Assembly (NCBI GenBank): GCA_034117945.1
Contig: JAXEOR010000005.1
Location: 1-36,391 of the forward strand
Length of the DNA: 36,391 nt
Reading direction: 5' to 3'
Source of the DNA: Clostridia bacterium
GTDB lineage: Bacteria; Bacillota; Clostridia; HGM11514
Part shown: piece by piece, positions 20,903 through 28,911 of the stretch
How positions within the stretch are numbered: position 1 is the first letter of the stretch
Layout of the letters: each line of letters begins with the position of its first letter
The notes under the pieces: generated by a model
Told to the model about the DNA's origin: nothing
The model's input: the letters and a program-made list of their open reading frames with translations, nothing else
Databases searched by the model: none
Translations under genes and position numbers: made by a program

Positions 20903-22894
20903 TTAGACGGTATATTCGGTTCGTGCAATGATGTGATTTTGATATTCAATATCCAGCTCGTTGAAATAACCGCTCCAGCCCCACACCCGAACAATCAGAT
21001 TGGGGTGCTGCTCAGGGTGCTTTTGGGCGTCCAGCAGCTGATCCCGGTTGATGGAGTTGATTTGCAGCTGGTGGCCTCCCAGCAAAATAAATTCTTTGAC
21101 CAGTGCCGCTGTTTTGGTAATGCCGTCTTCTGTGCGGAATACCGTATCGTGCACTTCAATGGTCAAGGGGCCGCCGTTGATAATTTCCGTCAGATCGTAC
21201 TTGGTAAAGGATTGAATCACAGAAAGTAGACCGGCAGTTTTCACATCCAGAGAGGGAGAAAAGCTGGAGGCATAGGGTTCTCCGGCCAGCCGTCCGTCCG
21301 CTGTGGCAGGGCAGGCCTTTCCCTTGGAAATATAGTCCATAGCACTGCCGGTGCCTGCCCGCCAAATGCCCCCTCTGCCGTTGCTTTGGCCATTTAGGTG
21401 ATGAGAAAAGGCCTTCATCAGCTGGCAGGCAATCTGATCCACCTCATCCTCATTGCTGCCCATTTTCGGACAGGAGCGCAGCAAATTGCGCAGGGGGATA
21501 TTTCCTTCAAAATTGTGATCCAGAGCGTCTAAAAGCTCCTCCTTGGAAACTGCTTTATCATCATAAATGACCTGCTTGACGGCTGCCAGCGCATCCGCTC
21601 CGTTAGAGATTCCCGCACCGTGACAGCCAAAGTTTAGATATTTGGTTCCCCCTTGAAACAGACCGGTCAGGTTTTGGATGCAGCCGTCAAAGAAAACGGA
21701 CAGCAGGGGATGGATTCCCCAGCTTGCGCCTTCCGCCCCCTTGATCAGCCGCTGACATTCTGCTCCGATTGCCTTTTGTACCTGCTCCATCAGGTCGGAA
21801 AAGGTGGGGGCGGCCATCAGACAGCGGTGAAGGGTATCGCTGATCACATGGGGGAAATCCATGGTTTTCAGGTTGGGAACATCTGCTCCCAGACCGGGAA
21901 TGATATATTCCCAGCAGGCTGCTACGGTATAATCCAGTGCGTCCTTCTTATCATAGCCCAGCTTGACCAGCCCGGGAACGACCACGTCGTCGTTGCAGTA
22001 TTGGGGAAAGCCCAGCCCTTCCTTGGTAAGCATCGTGGCGGCTTTGAACAGGCTTGGAGGGGTGTTTTTCCCCACCCGCAGGTTGATTTTCGGATCAATG
22101 AGCTTCAGCTCTCGGGAGGCATCCATGCAGAATTGGGACAGTCGGTGATACATGTTGTTTCCCTGCTCGTCAAACCCGCCTAATACCATGCTTTGTCCAT
22201 TATCGCCCTGCTGAATGCCGGTGTAAAGATCAGTGTCAAAATTCAGGGAGATGAAAAATTCCTCCAGCAGCTCAAACAGCTCCTCATCCGGAACGCCCCG
22301 CTTTTGATCCGCCAGAAAAAAGGGCAGCATATATTGATCGAACCTGCCCAGGGTAACGTGGCACACATGGTCGTACCGTAGCAGATAAATGCAAAGCTTG
22401 AGAAAAACGCAGGCCTGATGGAAGGTTTCAGCCCCCCGGCGGGGAACGGTTTCCAGGGCCTTTGCCAATTCTGTATGTCCTTCCTGCAAAGCCTGAACCC
22501 GGTACCGTTCGGCAAAGGCAATCCCCGCTTGCAGGGAGGAAATCATTTCATGGGCAAACTGCCGCTGTTCTTCATTTTGGGGCTGCTGCCTTTTGATTTC
22601 CTCTATGATTTTGTCAAAGCCCTGGGTGATGACCCGGCTGTAATTGGGGGTTACGTTACCTCCCCAGTCCTGGGAGACAAAGCGGATGCTGCGGTGAAAG
22701 CCCAGCCGATCCTGACCGTAAAAAACCGGGCGTTCCTCTGCCAGAACCTTAGAGAGCCACCCGGCTCCGTTTTCCTTGCAGCAGCTTTGCAGCTGTTCCC
22801 ATTCTCGGGGCGCGTCCCGGCGATTGCTCCGGTATTCTCGTTTTCTCAATATTTCCAAAAGCTCCTGTACCCGTTTTGTCATAATGATTTTCAT
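20903..22894 (-). CDS. Compact glycyl radical enzyme, second paralog, about 660 aa
   Basis: C-terminal motif IVRVWGWSGYFNELDIEYQNHIIARTEYTV. Thiyl loop is TVAACWEYIIPG and PATADGR is present. The start is ambiguous (ATG 22894 or 22882; the ORF track uses GTG 22909). Confidence 0.92.
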   Translation of the reverse strand: MKIIMTKRVQELLEILRKREYRSNRRDAPREWEQLQSCCKENGAGWLSKVLAEERPVFYGQDRLGFHRSIRFVSQDWGGNVTPNYSRVITQGFDKIIEEIKRQQPQNEEQRQFAHEMISSLQAGIAFAERYRVQALQEGHTELAKALETVPRRGAETFHQACVFLKLCIYLLRYDHVCHVTLGRFDQYMLPFFLADQKRGVPDEELFELLEEFFISLNFDTDLYTGIQQGDNGQSMVLGGFDEQGNNMYHRLSQFCMDASRELKLIDPKINLRVGKNTPPSLFKAATMLTKEGLGFPQYCNDDVVVPGLVKLGYDKKDALDYTVAACWEYIIPGLGADVPNLKTMDFPHVISDTLHRCLMAAPTFSDLMEQVQKAIGAECQRLIKGAEGASWGIHPLLSVFFDGCIQNLTGLFQGGTKYLNFGCHGAGISNGADALAAVKQVIYDDKAVSKEELLDALDHNFEGNIPLRNLLRSCPKMGSNEDEVDQIACQLMKAFSHHLNGQSNGRGGIWRAGTGSAMDYISKGKACPATADGRLAGEPYASSFSPSLDVKTAGLLSVIQSFTKYDLTEIINGGPLTIEVHDTVFRTEDGITKTAALVKEFILLGGHQLQINSINRDQLLDAQKHPEQHPNLIVRVWGWSGYFNELDIEYQNHIIARTEYTV

Positions 22895-22959
22895 AGCCTT
22901 TCTGCCCACAGAATGAAAAATAGGGCGGACACGCTTGCTCTTACCGTGGGCGGATAAGG
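22895..22959 (-). promoter_or_regulatory. Conserved hairpin element, copy B (between activase and GRE)
   Basis: The minus strand reads CCTTATCCGCCCACGGTAAG-29 nt-TGTGGGCAGAAAGGCT, directly abutting ATG 22894. GCCCAC pairs with GTGGGC. Confidence 0.55.
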
Positions 22960-22983
22960 CGTATCCTTCAAAAGGAAATGGTT

Positions 22984-23832
22984 TTATAGCAGCTTTGTTT
23001 GGATGCCGTGCGCTTCAAAAAGCTCCTGCCGGGGGTTGGGGGACAGGGTGACATCAAAATTCGGCTGATAGCTTCTGCCGGTCATGGCATATTTACTGCC
23101 TGCCATGTTATGGTAGGGCATCAGCTCGGCATAGGCGATGCCCTCTTCTTGCAGCAAAGAGGCGATGGCGGCAATGTTTTGCTGGGTATCCGTCACTCCC
23201 GGAATCAGCGGAACACGGATGCAAAACGGAGTATCGCTCCGGGCAAGCAGATGAAAATGACGAAGAATGCTTTGATTGCTGCACCCGGTATAGGCTTTGT
23301 GCATAGCATCGTCTATGAGTTTTAAATCAAACAGGATATAGTCCGTAGCGGAAAGAACCGCCTCAAACAGGGGATCCTGGCAATAGCCGCAGGTCTGCAC
23401 TGCGGTGTGCAGTCTGCCCTTGAGCAGAGAAAGACATTCCAGCAAAAATTCCCCCTGGAGCAGAGGTTCTCCGCCGGAAAAGGTAACGCCCCCCTCCTGC
23501 TGTAAAATGGCCTGATTTTTGCATAATTTTTTTGTCAGCTCCTGAGCCGAATAGACTTGGCCGCACATACGCAGCAGCCCTCTGGGACAGACGGCAATGC
23601 TTTCCTCGGTCAAAATCACGCCGTCCGGTTGGGCAATGCCCGCCTGAAGGCAGCTTCCGCAATGGAGACAGCCGTTGGGACTTTTCACAATTTCAGGCTT
23701 GCTTTGCTGCCCTTCCGGGCTGTGGCACCAGCTGCACCGCAGAGGGCAGCCCTTGAAAAACACTGTGGTGCGGATCCCCGGTCCGTCGTAGATAGAAAAT
23801 TCCTCAATAGAGAATACAGTTCCCTGTGACAT
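22984..23832 (-). CDS. Glycyl radical enzyme activating enzyme (radical SAM), with a single reduced auxiliary-cluster insert
   Basis: FSIYDGPGIRTTVFFKGCPLRCSWCHSPE. There is one CLHCGSC...CP motif, plus GGVTFSGGEPL. Start is ATG 23832 (MSQGTVF). The ORF-track extension to 23949 covers the leader. Confidence 0.92.
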   Translation of the reverse strand: MSQGTVFSIEEFSIYDGPGIRTTVFFKGCPLRCSWCHSPEGQQSKPEIVKSPNGCLHCGSCLQAGIAQPDGVILTEESIAVCPRGLLRMCGQVYSAQELTKKLCKNQAILQQEGGVTFSGGEPLLQGEFLLECLSLLKGRLHTAVQTCGYCQDPLFEAVLSATDYILFDLKLIDDAMHKAYTGCSNQSILRHFHLLARSDTPFCIRVPLIPGVTDTQQNIAAIASLLQEEGIAYAELMPYHNMAGSKYAMTGRSYQPNFDVTLSPNPRQELFEAHGIQTKLL

Positions 23833-23844
23833 ACTTTGTTTCAC

Positions 23845-23897
23845 AGCCTTTCTGCCCACAAAAATAAAGAAATCATAAGCCCTTTTTGCCGTGGGCT
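23845..23897 (-). promoter_or_regulatory. Conserved hairpin element, copy A (upstream of the activase)
   Basis: The minus strand reads CAGCCCACGGCAAAAAGGGCTTATGATTTCTTTATTTTTGTGGGCAGAAAGGCT, ending 12 nt before ATG 23832. Confidence 0.5.
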
Positions 23898-23982
23898 GAC
23901 TTTGCTTTTCCGGGGGAGAGCACGGCGGTACAGAAAAAATCCGCCGCACCCCGATTTTGCAGAAATATGTCCCCCTATGGTT

Positions 23983-24012
23983 ACTATATCATTTTGCCTC
24001 TTGACAAAGCAA
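23983..24012 (-). promoter_or_regulatory. Candidate promoter of the activase-GRE operon
   Basis: The minus strand reads TTGCTT, an 18-nt spacer, then TATAGT with an upstream TG. Its -35 box is adjacent to the -35 box of the divergent AraC promoter. Confidence 0.4.
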
Positions 24013-24029
24013 GAAACTTTTTATACAAT
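24001..24029 (+). promoter_or_regulatory. Promoter of the AraC gene at 24070
   Basis: TTGACA (24001..24006), a 17-nt spacer, then TACAAT (24024..24029). Confidence 0.65.
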
Positions 24030-24069
24030 AATAGTCAAAAGTTATCTTTTTCAAAAGAAGGTGAGCAGA

Positions 24070-24831
24070 ATGTTTCATCAGCCCCACAACTCTATGGGGA
24101 ATTATCATTATAACGGGATTGTGTATCAGGCATACCGCTGGGCCTCTCATTTTCACAGAAGCTATGAGCTGGTGTATGGGATGGCGGGGCAAACAAAAAT
24201 CGGCGCCAACGGCCAGGAGCTTTTGCTGGGAGAGGGAGAATTTTATCTGATTTTTCCCAATACGGTTCACAGCCTGGAGTCTGTGGATGATTCCCGGTTT
24301 TGGGTAGGGGTGTTTTCGGGGGATTTTATCGGACGGTTTGCAAAGGCGGAGGAAGGGCAGTGCTATTCTCCCTTTCGGTGCGAGCCGGAGGTGGAGCGGT
24401 TTTTGAAGGGGTATTTGCTGTTTGACGGAACGCCTTCTTTGGACATGAGGATTGCCTGTCTGAATCTGGTTTGCGATCAGTGCTTAAAATATGGGGAAAA
24501 GCAGGAGATTTGCTATAATCCGGATTTGAAAAACAAGCTGCTTTTGTATTTTGCAGATCATTTCAAAGAAAATGTGACTCTTTCGGAGATTGCCGGGGAG
24601 CTGGGCTATGAATATCATTACTTATCCCGGGAATTTCACCGATGTTTTCAAATGAATTTTAAGACCTTTTTAAATTTATACCGCTTTGAAGCGGCCTGTG
24701 AGCTGCTGTCCGAAACGGAAAAGAGCTTAACGGAGATTGCCATGGAAAGCGGGTTTCAAAGTTTGCGCAGCTTTAACCGCCTGTTTAAGGATTTCAGCGG
24801 CATGGCGCCGCACCAATATCGAAGGAAATAG
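24070..24831 (+). CDS. AraC-family transcriptional regulator, divergent from the activase-GRE operon
   Basis: Cupin-like N-domain (HFHRSYELVYGMAG...FYLIFPNTVHS). C-terminal HTH is LSREFHRCFQMNFKTFLNLYRFEAACELL...IAMESGFQSLRSFNRLFKDFSGMAPHQYR. Start is ATG 24070 after AGAAGGTGAG. Confidence 0.9.
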   Translation: MFHQPHNSMGNYHYNGIVYQAYRWASHFHRSYELVYGMAGQTKIGANGQELLLGEGEFYLIFPNTVHSLESVDDSRFWVGVFSGDFIGRFAKAEEGQCYSPFRCEPEVERFLKGYLLFDGTPSLDMRIACLNLVCDQCLKYGEKQEICYNPDLKNKLLLYFADHFKENVTLSEIAGELGYEYHYLSREFHRCFQMNFKTFLNLYRFEAACELLSETEKSLTEIAMESGFQSLRSFNRLFKDFSGMAPHQYRRK

Positions 24832-24840
24832 CAAAGAAAT

Positions 24841-24886
24841 AGGGTGACCCGTAACGGTTTGCGTTACAGATCACCCTTTTTGATTT
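24841..24886. terminator. Bidirectional terminator between AraC and the ABC ATPase
   Basis: AGGGTGAcccGTAAC-ggtttgc-GTTACagaTCACCCT followed by TTTTTGATTT. Confidence 0.75.
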
Positions 24887-24914
24887 CTGTTGATTTTGCC
24901 GGAAGGCACGCAGC

Positions 24915-25649
24915 CTATGCATTTCTGAACCGAGCCAAAAATTCCTTGGTTTCCGGCTGGCTGGGATGCTCAAAAATATCCGTGGGACTGCCTTCCTCGC
25001 AGATGACGCCGTTGTGCATAAACACCACATGGTTAGCCACATCTCTGGCAAAGGCCATTTCATGGGTAACGATCATCATGGTCAGCCCCTCCTGTGCCAG
25101 GGTGCGGATGACATTTAACACCTCTCCCACCATCTGAGGATCCAAAGCGGAGGTAGGCTCGTCAAACAAAATCAGATCCGGCTTCATGGCCAGGGCCCGG
25201 GCAATGGCCACCCGCTGCTTTTGCCCGCCGGAAAGCTGCTTGGGCTTGGCATGGATATAAGGAGCCATTCCCACCTTTTCCAAAAAAGCAATGGCTTCCC
25301 GCTTGGCATCCTCCTTAGGGGTTTTCAGCACCTTTTGCTGGCCGATCATGCAGTTTTTCAGAACGGACATGTTTTCAAACAAATTAAAGCTTTGAAACAC
25401 CATGCCCACCTTGGCCCGGTAGGCAGGAATATTTTTGGTTTCCAGAATGTCCTGTCCTTTATAAATAATCTGCCCTCCTGTGGGAGTTTCCAGCAGATTG
25501 ACGCATCGGAGCAGGGTTGATTTTCCCGAACCGGAGGCGCCGATGATGCAGGTCACATCGCCGGTGTTGACAGAAAAATGAATATCCCGCAGTACCTCGT
25601 TTTCTCCAAACTGCTTTTTTAAGCCTTTGATTTCAATAATTTTACCCAT
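24915..25649 (-). CDS. Polar amino acid ABC transporter ATP-binding protein
   Basis: Walker [10 protein letters not shown], signature [15 protein letters not shown] and Walker [13 protein letters not shown]. Start is ATG 25649 after GGAAGGAGGG. It overlaps the permease stop by 8 nt. Confidence 0.95.
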   Translation of the reverse strand: MGKIIEIKGLKKQFGENEVLRDIHFSVNTGDVTCIIGASGSGKSTLLRCVNLLETPTGGQIIYKGQDILETKNIPAYRAKVGMVFQSFNLFENMSVLKNCMIGQQKVLKTPKEDAKREAIAFLEKVGMAPYIHAKPKQLSGGQKQRVAIARALAMKPDLILFDEPTSALDPQMVGEVLNVIRTLAQEGLTMMIVTHEMAFARDVANHVVFMHNGVICEEGSPTDIFEHPSQPETKEFLARFRNA

Positions 25650-26406
25650 TTTCCATCCCTCCTTCCTCCGCTGCCGACTGGGCGGCGGGCTGCAGCACAT
25701 AAGAAGCGGGGCCGTCGATTTTTTGCTCGATCAGCCGTAGCAGTCTTGTGATGCTGAAGGTAAGGATGAAATAAATCACGCAGGCCACCACATAGGTTTC
25801 AAAAATTGCCCAGGTCATTTTGGATATTTTCGCCGTAAAGAAGTACAGCTCTGTTACGCCGATCACGTTCAGTACAGAGGTGTCCTTAATATTAATGACA
25901 AATTCATTGCTGATGGCGGGCAGAATATTCCGCATGGCCTGAGGAATCACAACATGCAGCATGGTCTGCCAGTGGTTCATTCCGATGGAGTAGGCTCCTT
26001 CAAACTGCCCCTTATCAATGGAGATAATTCCCCCTCTGACGATTTCTGCCATATAGGCACCGGTGTTGATGGATACGATAAAGATACCCGCCGGAATCAA
26101 GGGGAGGGTTTTGCCGTTGTTCATAAAGGCATAGCCCCAAAAGATAACCATGGACTGCACCATCATAGGTGTTCCCCGGAAGATTTCCACATAAATGCTG
26201 ATCAATCCGTTAATAATTTTCAAAATTACCCTGACAACGGCTTTCTTTGATTTTGGGATGGTTCTGATCACCCCGGTAATCAGCCCGATGATCAGGCCGA
26301 TGACGGTACCCGTCAGGGCGATCAGCATGGTATAGCCGATTCCCTGGATAAAATAGCCTCGGTAGGAGACAAAAATTTCCGCAACTTCTTTCAAAAAATG
26401 AATCAT
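25642..26406 (-). CDS. Polar amino acid ABC transporter permease
   Basis: EAA-like loop [32 protein letters not shown]. Multiple TM segments. Confidence 0.92.
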   Translation of the reverse strand: MIHFLKEVAEIFVSYRGYFIQGIGYTMLIALTGTVIGLIIGLITGVIRTIPKSKKAVVRVILKIINGLISIYVEIFRGTPMMVQSMVIFWGYAFMNNGKTLPLIPAGIFIVSINTGAYMAEIVRGGIISIDKGQFEGAYSIGMNHWQTMLHVVIPQAMRNILPAISNEFVINIKDTSVLNVIGVTELYFFTAKISKMTWAIFETYVVACVIYFILTFSITRLLRLIEQKIDGPASYVLQPAAQSAAEEGGMENG

Positions 26407-26426
26407 AATAGTAACCCTTTTTCAGA

Positions 26427-27269
26427 TTATTCTTCCACCGGTGCAATTTTCACCATTTCAGCCATCAGTTCTTTTTGCGCCGCTTCATCAAAGGTGCTGA
26501 TAAAGCTGTTGATGCCCGCTGTCAGCTCGGAGCCTTTTTTCACACCCACTGCAATGCTGGTGTCTTCCACAGGAACCTGAAAACCGGTTTCATTGTTGAC
26601 CAAAGGAATATAGGTGTATTTTCCGCCTTCGGTGCATACGGCCATAGCGGTAGGCTCCTCTGCGATATACCCTTCGATGGTGCCCGCGTCAAGAGCGATC
26701 AGCATGGTAGAAAAGTCTGCCAGCTCGCTTACCTCAGCCTTGGTCTGGCTGGAAAGTGCGTCCAGATGAGAGGTTCCCGACTGGGCGGCAATTTTTTTAC
26801 CGTCTAAGTCCGCAATGGTTGTCACATCCTCCAGGCTGCCTTTTTTGGTGATCACAACCAGGTTGGATACATAGTAATTATCCGAGAAGTCAATTTTTTC
26901 TTTTCTTTCTTCTGTGGGGCTCATACCGGCGATGATCATATCCAGCTTGCCGGACTGCACGGCGGGAATCAGGCTGTCCCACTCATAGGAATAAATCTCC
27001 AGCTCTTTTCCCATGGACTGTGCAATTTGGATTGCAACCTGAACATCATACCCGTTGGTGAACATATTTGCAACGTTTTTGATGGGAACCGCACCGTTGC
27101 TGTCATCCGGCTGAGACCAGTTATAGGGTGCGTAATTACATTCCATTCCGATCCGGATCACATTGCTTTCTGCCGTTTCTTCCGTGCCGCTTTCCTGGTT
27201 TGATGCGCCGCACGCGCACAGGGCAAACACCATTGTGACTGCCAGCAGCATTGCCAATACTCTTTTCAT
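26427..27269 (-). CDS. Amino acid ABC transporter substrate-binding lipoprotein (family 3)
   Basis: Start is ATG 27269 (MKRVLAMLLAVTMVFALCACGASN, a signal peptide with lipobox-like Cys) after GGAAAAGGTGG. The ORF-track N-extension to 27482 covers the riboswitch. Confidence 0.9.
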   Translation of the reverse strand: MKRVLAMLLAVTMVFALCACGASNQESGTEETAESNVIRIGMECNYAPYNWSQPDDSNGAVPIKNVANMFTNGYDVQVAIQIAQSMGKELEIYSYEWDSLIPAVQSGKLDMIIAGMSPTEERKEKIDFSDNYYVSNLVVITKKGSLEDVTTIADLDGKKIAAQSGTSHLDALSSQTKAEVSELADFSTMLIALDAGTIEGYIAEEPTAMAVCTEGGKYTYIPLVNNETGFQVPVEDTSIAVGVKKGSELTAGINSFISTFDEAAQKELMAEMVKIAPVEE

Positions 27270-27311
27270 TTGATAACCACCTTTTCCTAAAAAATATTTA
27301 TGACCGTGCCC

Positions 27312-27545
27312 TTCAAACAAGAAAAGTCCGTAAACAGAAGCGTTTACGGACAAAATACCTTCCTGTTCAATCCTGATAGCGCTCCACAGATTTGTGACAG
27401 TGTATTGCATTTTCTGCAATACCCCAGCAAAGAAGTCTCCGGCGAAAGCCCCTTTGCTTCGGCGCCCGTTCCTTTCCTCCAAGCCCGGCGGCCGGCCGGT
27501 CAGCGGCCTGGAGTACTGATCCCAAACGCACCTCTACCATTGATC
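27312..27545 (-). promoter_or_regulatory. Lysine riboswitch (L-box) with intrinsic terminator expression platform
   Basis: The minus strand shows the conserved L-box blocks in order: GGTAGAGGTGCG ... ATCAGTA ... GGAGGAAAGG ... GGGCGCCGAAGC ... TTGCTGGGG ... ACTGTCAC ... GGAGCGCTATC. These are followed by GTCCGTAAAC-gcttct-GTTTACGGAC plus TTTTCTTGTTT (27312..27351). Confidence 0.9.
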
Positions 27546-27578
27546 TCATTTGAAAAACAACAGTTCATTTTCATTCCT

Positions 27579-27607
27579 ATTATGACACAAATGTTTCAGA
27601 AAGTCAA
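27579..27607 (-). promoter_or_regulatory. Candidate promoter of the riboswitch-ABC operon
   Basis: The minus strand reads TTGACT, a 17-nt spacer, then CATAAT with an upstream TG. TTGACTTTCT is tandemly duplicated (copies 27609..27618 and 27598..27607, 11-nt period). Confidence 0.5.
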
Positions 27608-27619
27608 TAGAAAGTCAAA

Positions 27620-28777
27620 TTATTTTTGAATTTTCCAGTCAATTTTTTCCCAGGGCAGATCCAGATCCTCCCGGCCGAAGTGGCCGTAAGCGGCGGTTTG
27701 CTTGTAGATGGGCCGGCGCAGATCAAAGCGCTGGATAATGGCAGAGGGTCTGAAATCGATATTATCCTCGATGGCCTGATAGATGACCTCCTCCGGTACC
27801 CGGTTGGTGCCGAAGGTGTTGACCAGCACCGAAACAGGCTTGGCCACCCCGATGGCATAGGCCAGCTGAATTTCACACTGCTTGGCTAAGCCTGCCGCTA
27901 CAATATTTTTGGCCGCATATCTTGCGGCGTAGCAGGCGGAACGGTCCACCTTGGTGGGATCCTTTCCGGAAAAGGCGCCGCCTCCGTGACGTGCATAGCC
28001 CCCGTAGGTATCCACAATAATTTTTCTTCCCGTCAGGCCGGAATCCCCTTGGGGTCCTCCGATCACAAAGCTGCCGGTGGGGTTGACATACAGCTTGGTG
28101 TTCTGATCCATCAGCTCAGCAGAGACAATGGGGGTAATCACATGGGTCAGAATATCCTGGCGGATGGTGCTTTGGCTGACTCCCGGATCGTGCTGGGAGG
28201 ATACAACGATGGTATCTACCCGGGCGGGAACACCATCGTGATATTCGATGGTCACCTGGGTTTTTCCGTCAGGGCGGAGGTAGGGAAGAACCCCCTCCTT
28301 ACGCACCTTTGTCAGTTGACGAGCCAGCTTGTGAGCCATAGAAATGGGGAGAGGCATCAGCTCCGGGGTTTCATCACAGGCATAGCCAAACATCATGCCC
28401 TGATCTCCCGCTCCCAGCTGTTCTGTTCCGTCCTCCTTGGCCTCCAGGGATTGGTTCACCCCTTGGGCAATATCGGGAGACTGAGCGTCAATGGTGGTCA
28501 GCACCGCACAGGTGTTGCCGTCAAACCCATAGGCGGGGTTGTTATAGCCGATTTGATTGATGGTGTCCCGGGCGATCTGGGCAATGTCGGCATAGCAGGA
28601 GGTAGAGATTTCTCCCATCACCGTAACCATTCCCGTGGTAGCCACAGTTTCACAGGCGACCCGGGCATAAGGATCCTGAGCCAGGATGGCGTCCAGCACC
28701 GCGTCTGAAATTTGGTCGCACACTTTATCCGGATGACCTTCGGTCACTGATTCAGAAGTGAAAAATGTTTTTTTCAT
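27620..28777 (-). CDS. metK: S-adenosylmethionine synthetase
   Basis: [36 protein letters not shown] and [16 protein letters not shown]. Start is ATG 28777. Confidence 0.97.
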   Translation of the reverse strand: MKKTFFTSESVTEGHPDKVCDQISDAVLDAILAQDPYARVACETVATTGMVTVMGEISTSCYADIAQIARDTINQIGYNNPAYGFDGNTCAVLTTIDAQSPDIAQGVNQSLEAKEDGTEQLGAGDQGMMFGYACDETPELMPLPISMAHKLARQLTKVRKEGVLPYLRPDGKTQVTIEYHDGVPARVDTIVVSSQHDPGVSQSTIRQDILTHVITPIVSAELMDQNTKLYVNPTGSFVIGGPQGDSGLTGRKIIVDTYGGYARHGGGAFSGKDPTKVDRSACYAARYAAKNIVAAGLAKQCEIQLAYAIGVAKPVSVLVNTFGTNRVPEEVIYQAIEDNIDFRPSAIIQRFDLRRPIYKQTAAYGHFGREDLDLPWEKIDWKIQK

Positions 28778-28823
28778 GGGTAACGTCCTTTCCGTTCCCG
28801 TAAGGTTTTGGGGAACACTCCTT

Positions 28824-28852
28824 ATTATACTGATATTTTGTTGTTTTGTCAA
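28824..28852 (-). promoter_or_regulatory. Consensus sigma-A promoter of metK
   Basis: The minus strand reads TTGACA, a 17-nt spacer, then TATAAT. The leader is only about 45 nt. Confidence 0.7.
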
Positions 28853-28911
28853 GGCGGAGGCTCATTTTTTGCTCTTTCTTTTCATAAAATAAGAAAAAAG
28901 GGGGGACTGAC

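Noticed and set aside
22895-24069. ZTP (pfl motif) or guanidine-II (mini-ykkC, ACGR loops) riboswitch upstream of the GRE genes
   Set aside because: The ZTP pseudoknot and CCGCCTGGGC-type 3' hairpin are absent. The ACGG in GCCCACGG is not presented as a tetraloop closed by a G-C stem.
23836-24069. N-terminal extensions in the ORF track (AraC 23836, activase 23949, ligA 6940, SBP 27482, metK 28852, ruvX 32705, DUF1292 33336, transketolase 31016, YitT 30109, GRE 4230)
   Set aside because: Each extension runs through promoters, terminators, riboswitch or leader structures, or the upstream gene. An internal ATG with a proper RBS gives the family-typical N-terminus.
27270-27619. T-box or S-box leader upstream of the ABC substrate-binding gene
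   Set aside because: There is no T-box sequence (GGTGGTACCGCG-like) and no S-box core. The blocks match the lysine riboswitch instead.
28778-28911. Possible SAM-I (S-box) riboswitch upstream of metK, as is common in Firmicutes
   Set aside because: A consensus TTGACA-17-TATAAT promoter leaves a leader of only about 45 nt. None of the S-box conserved blocks are present.
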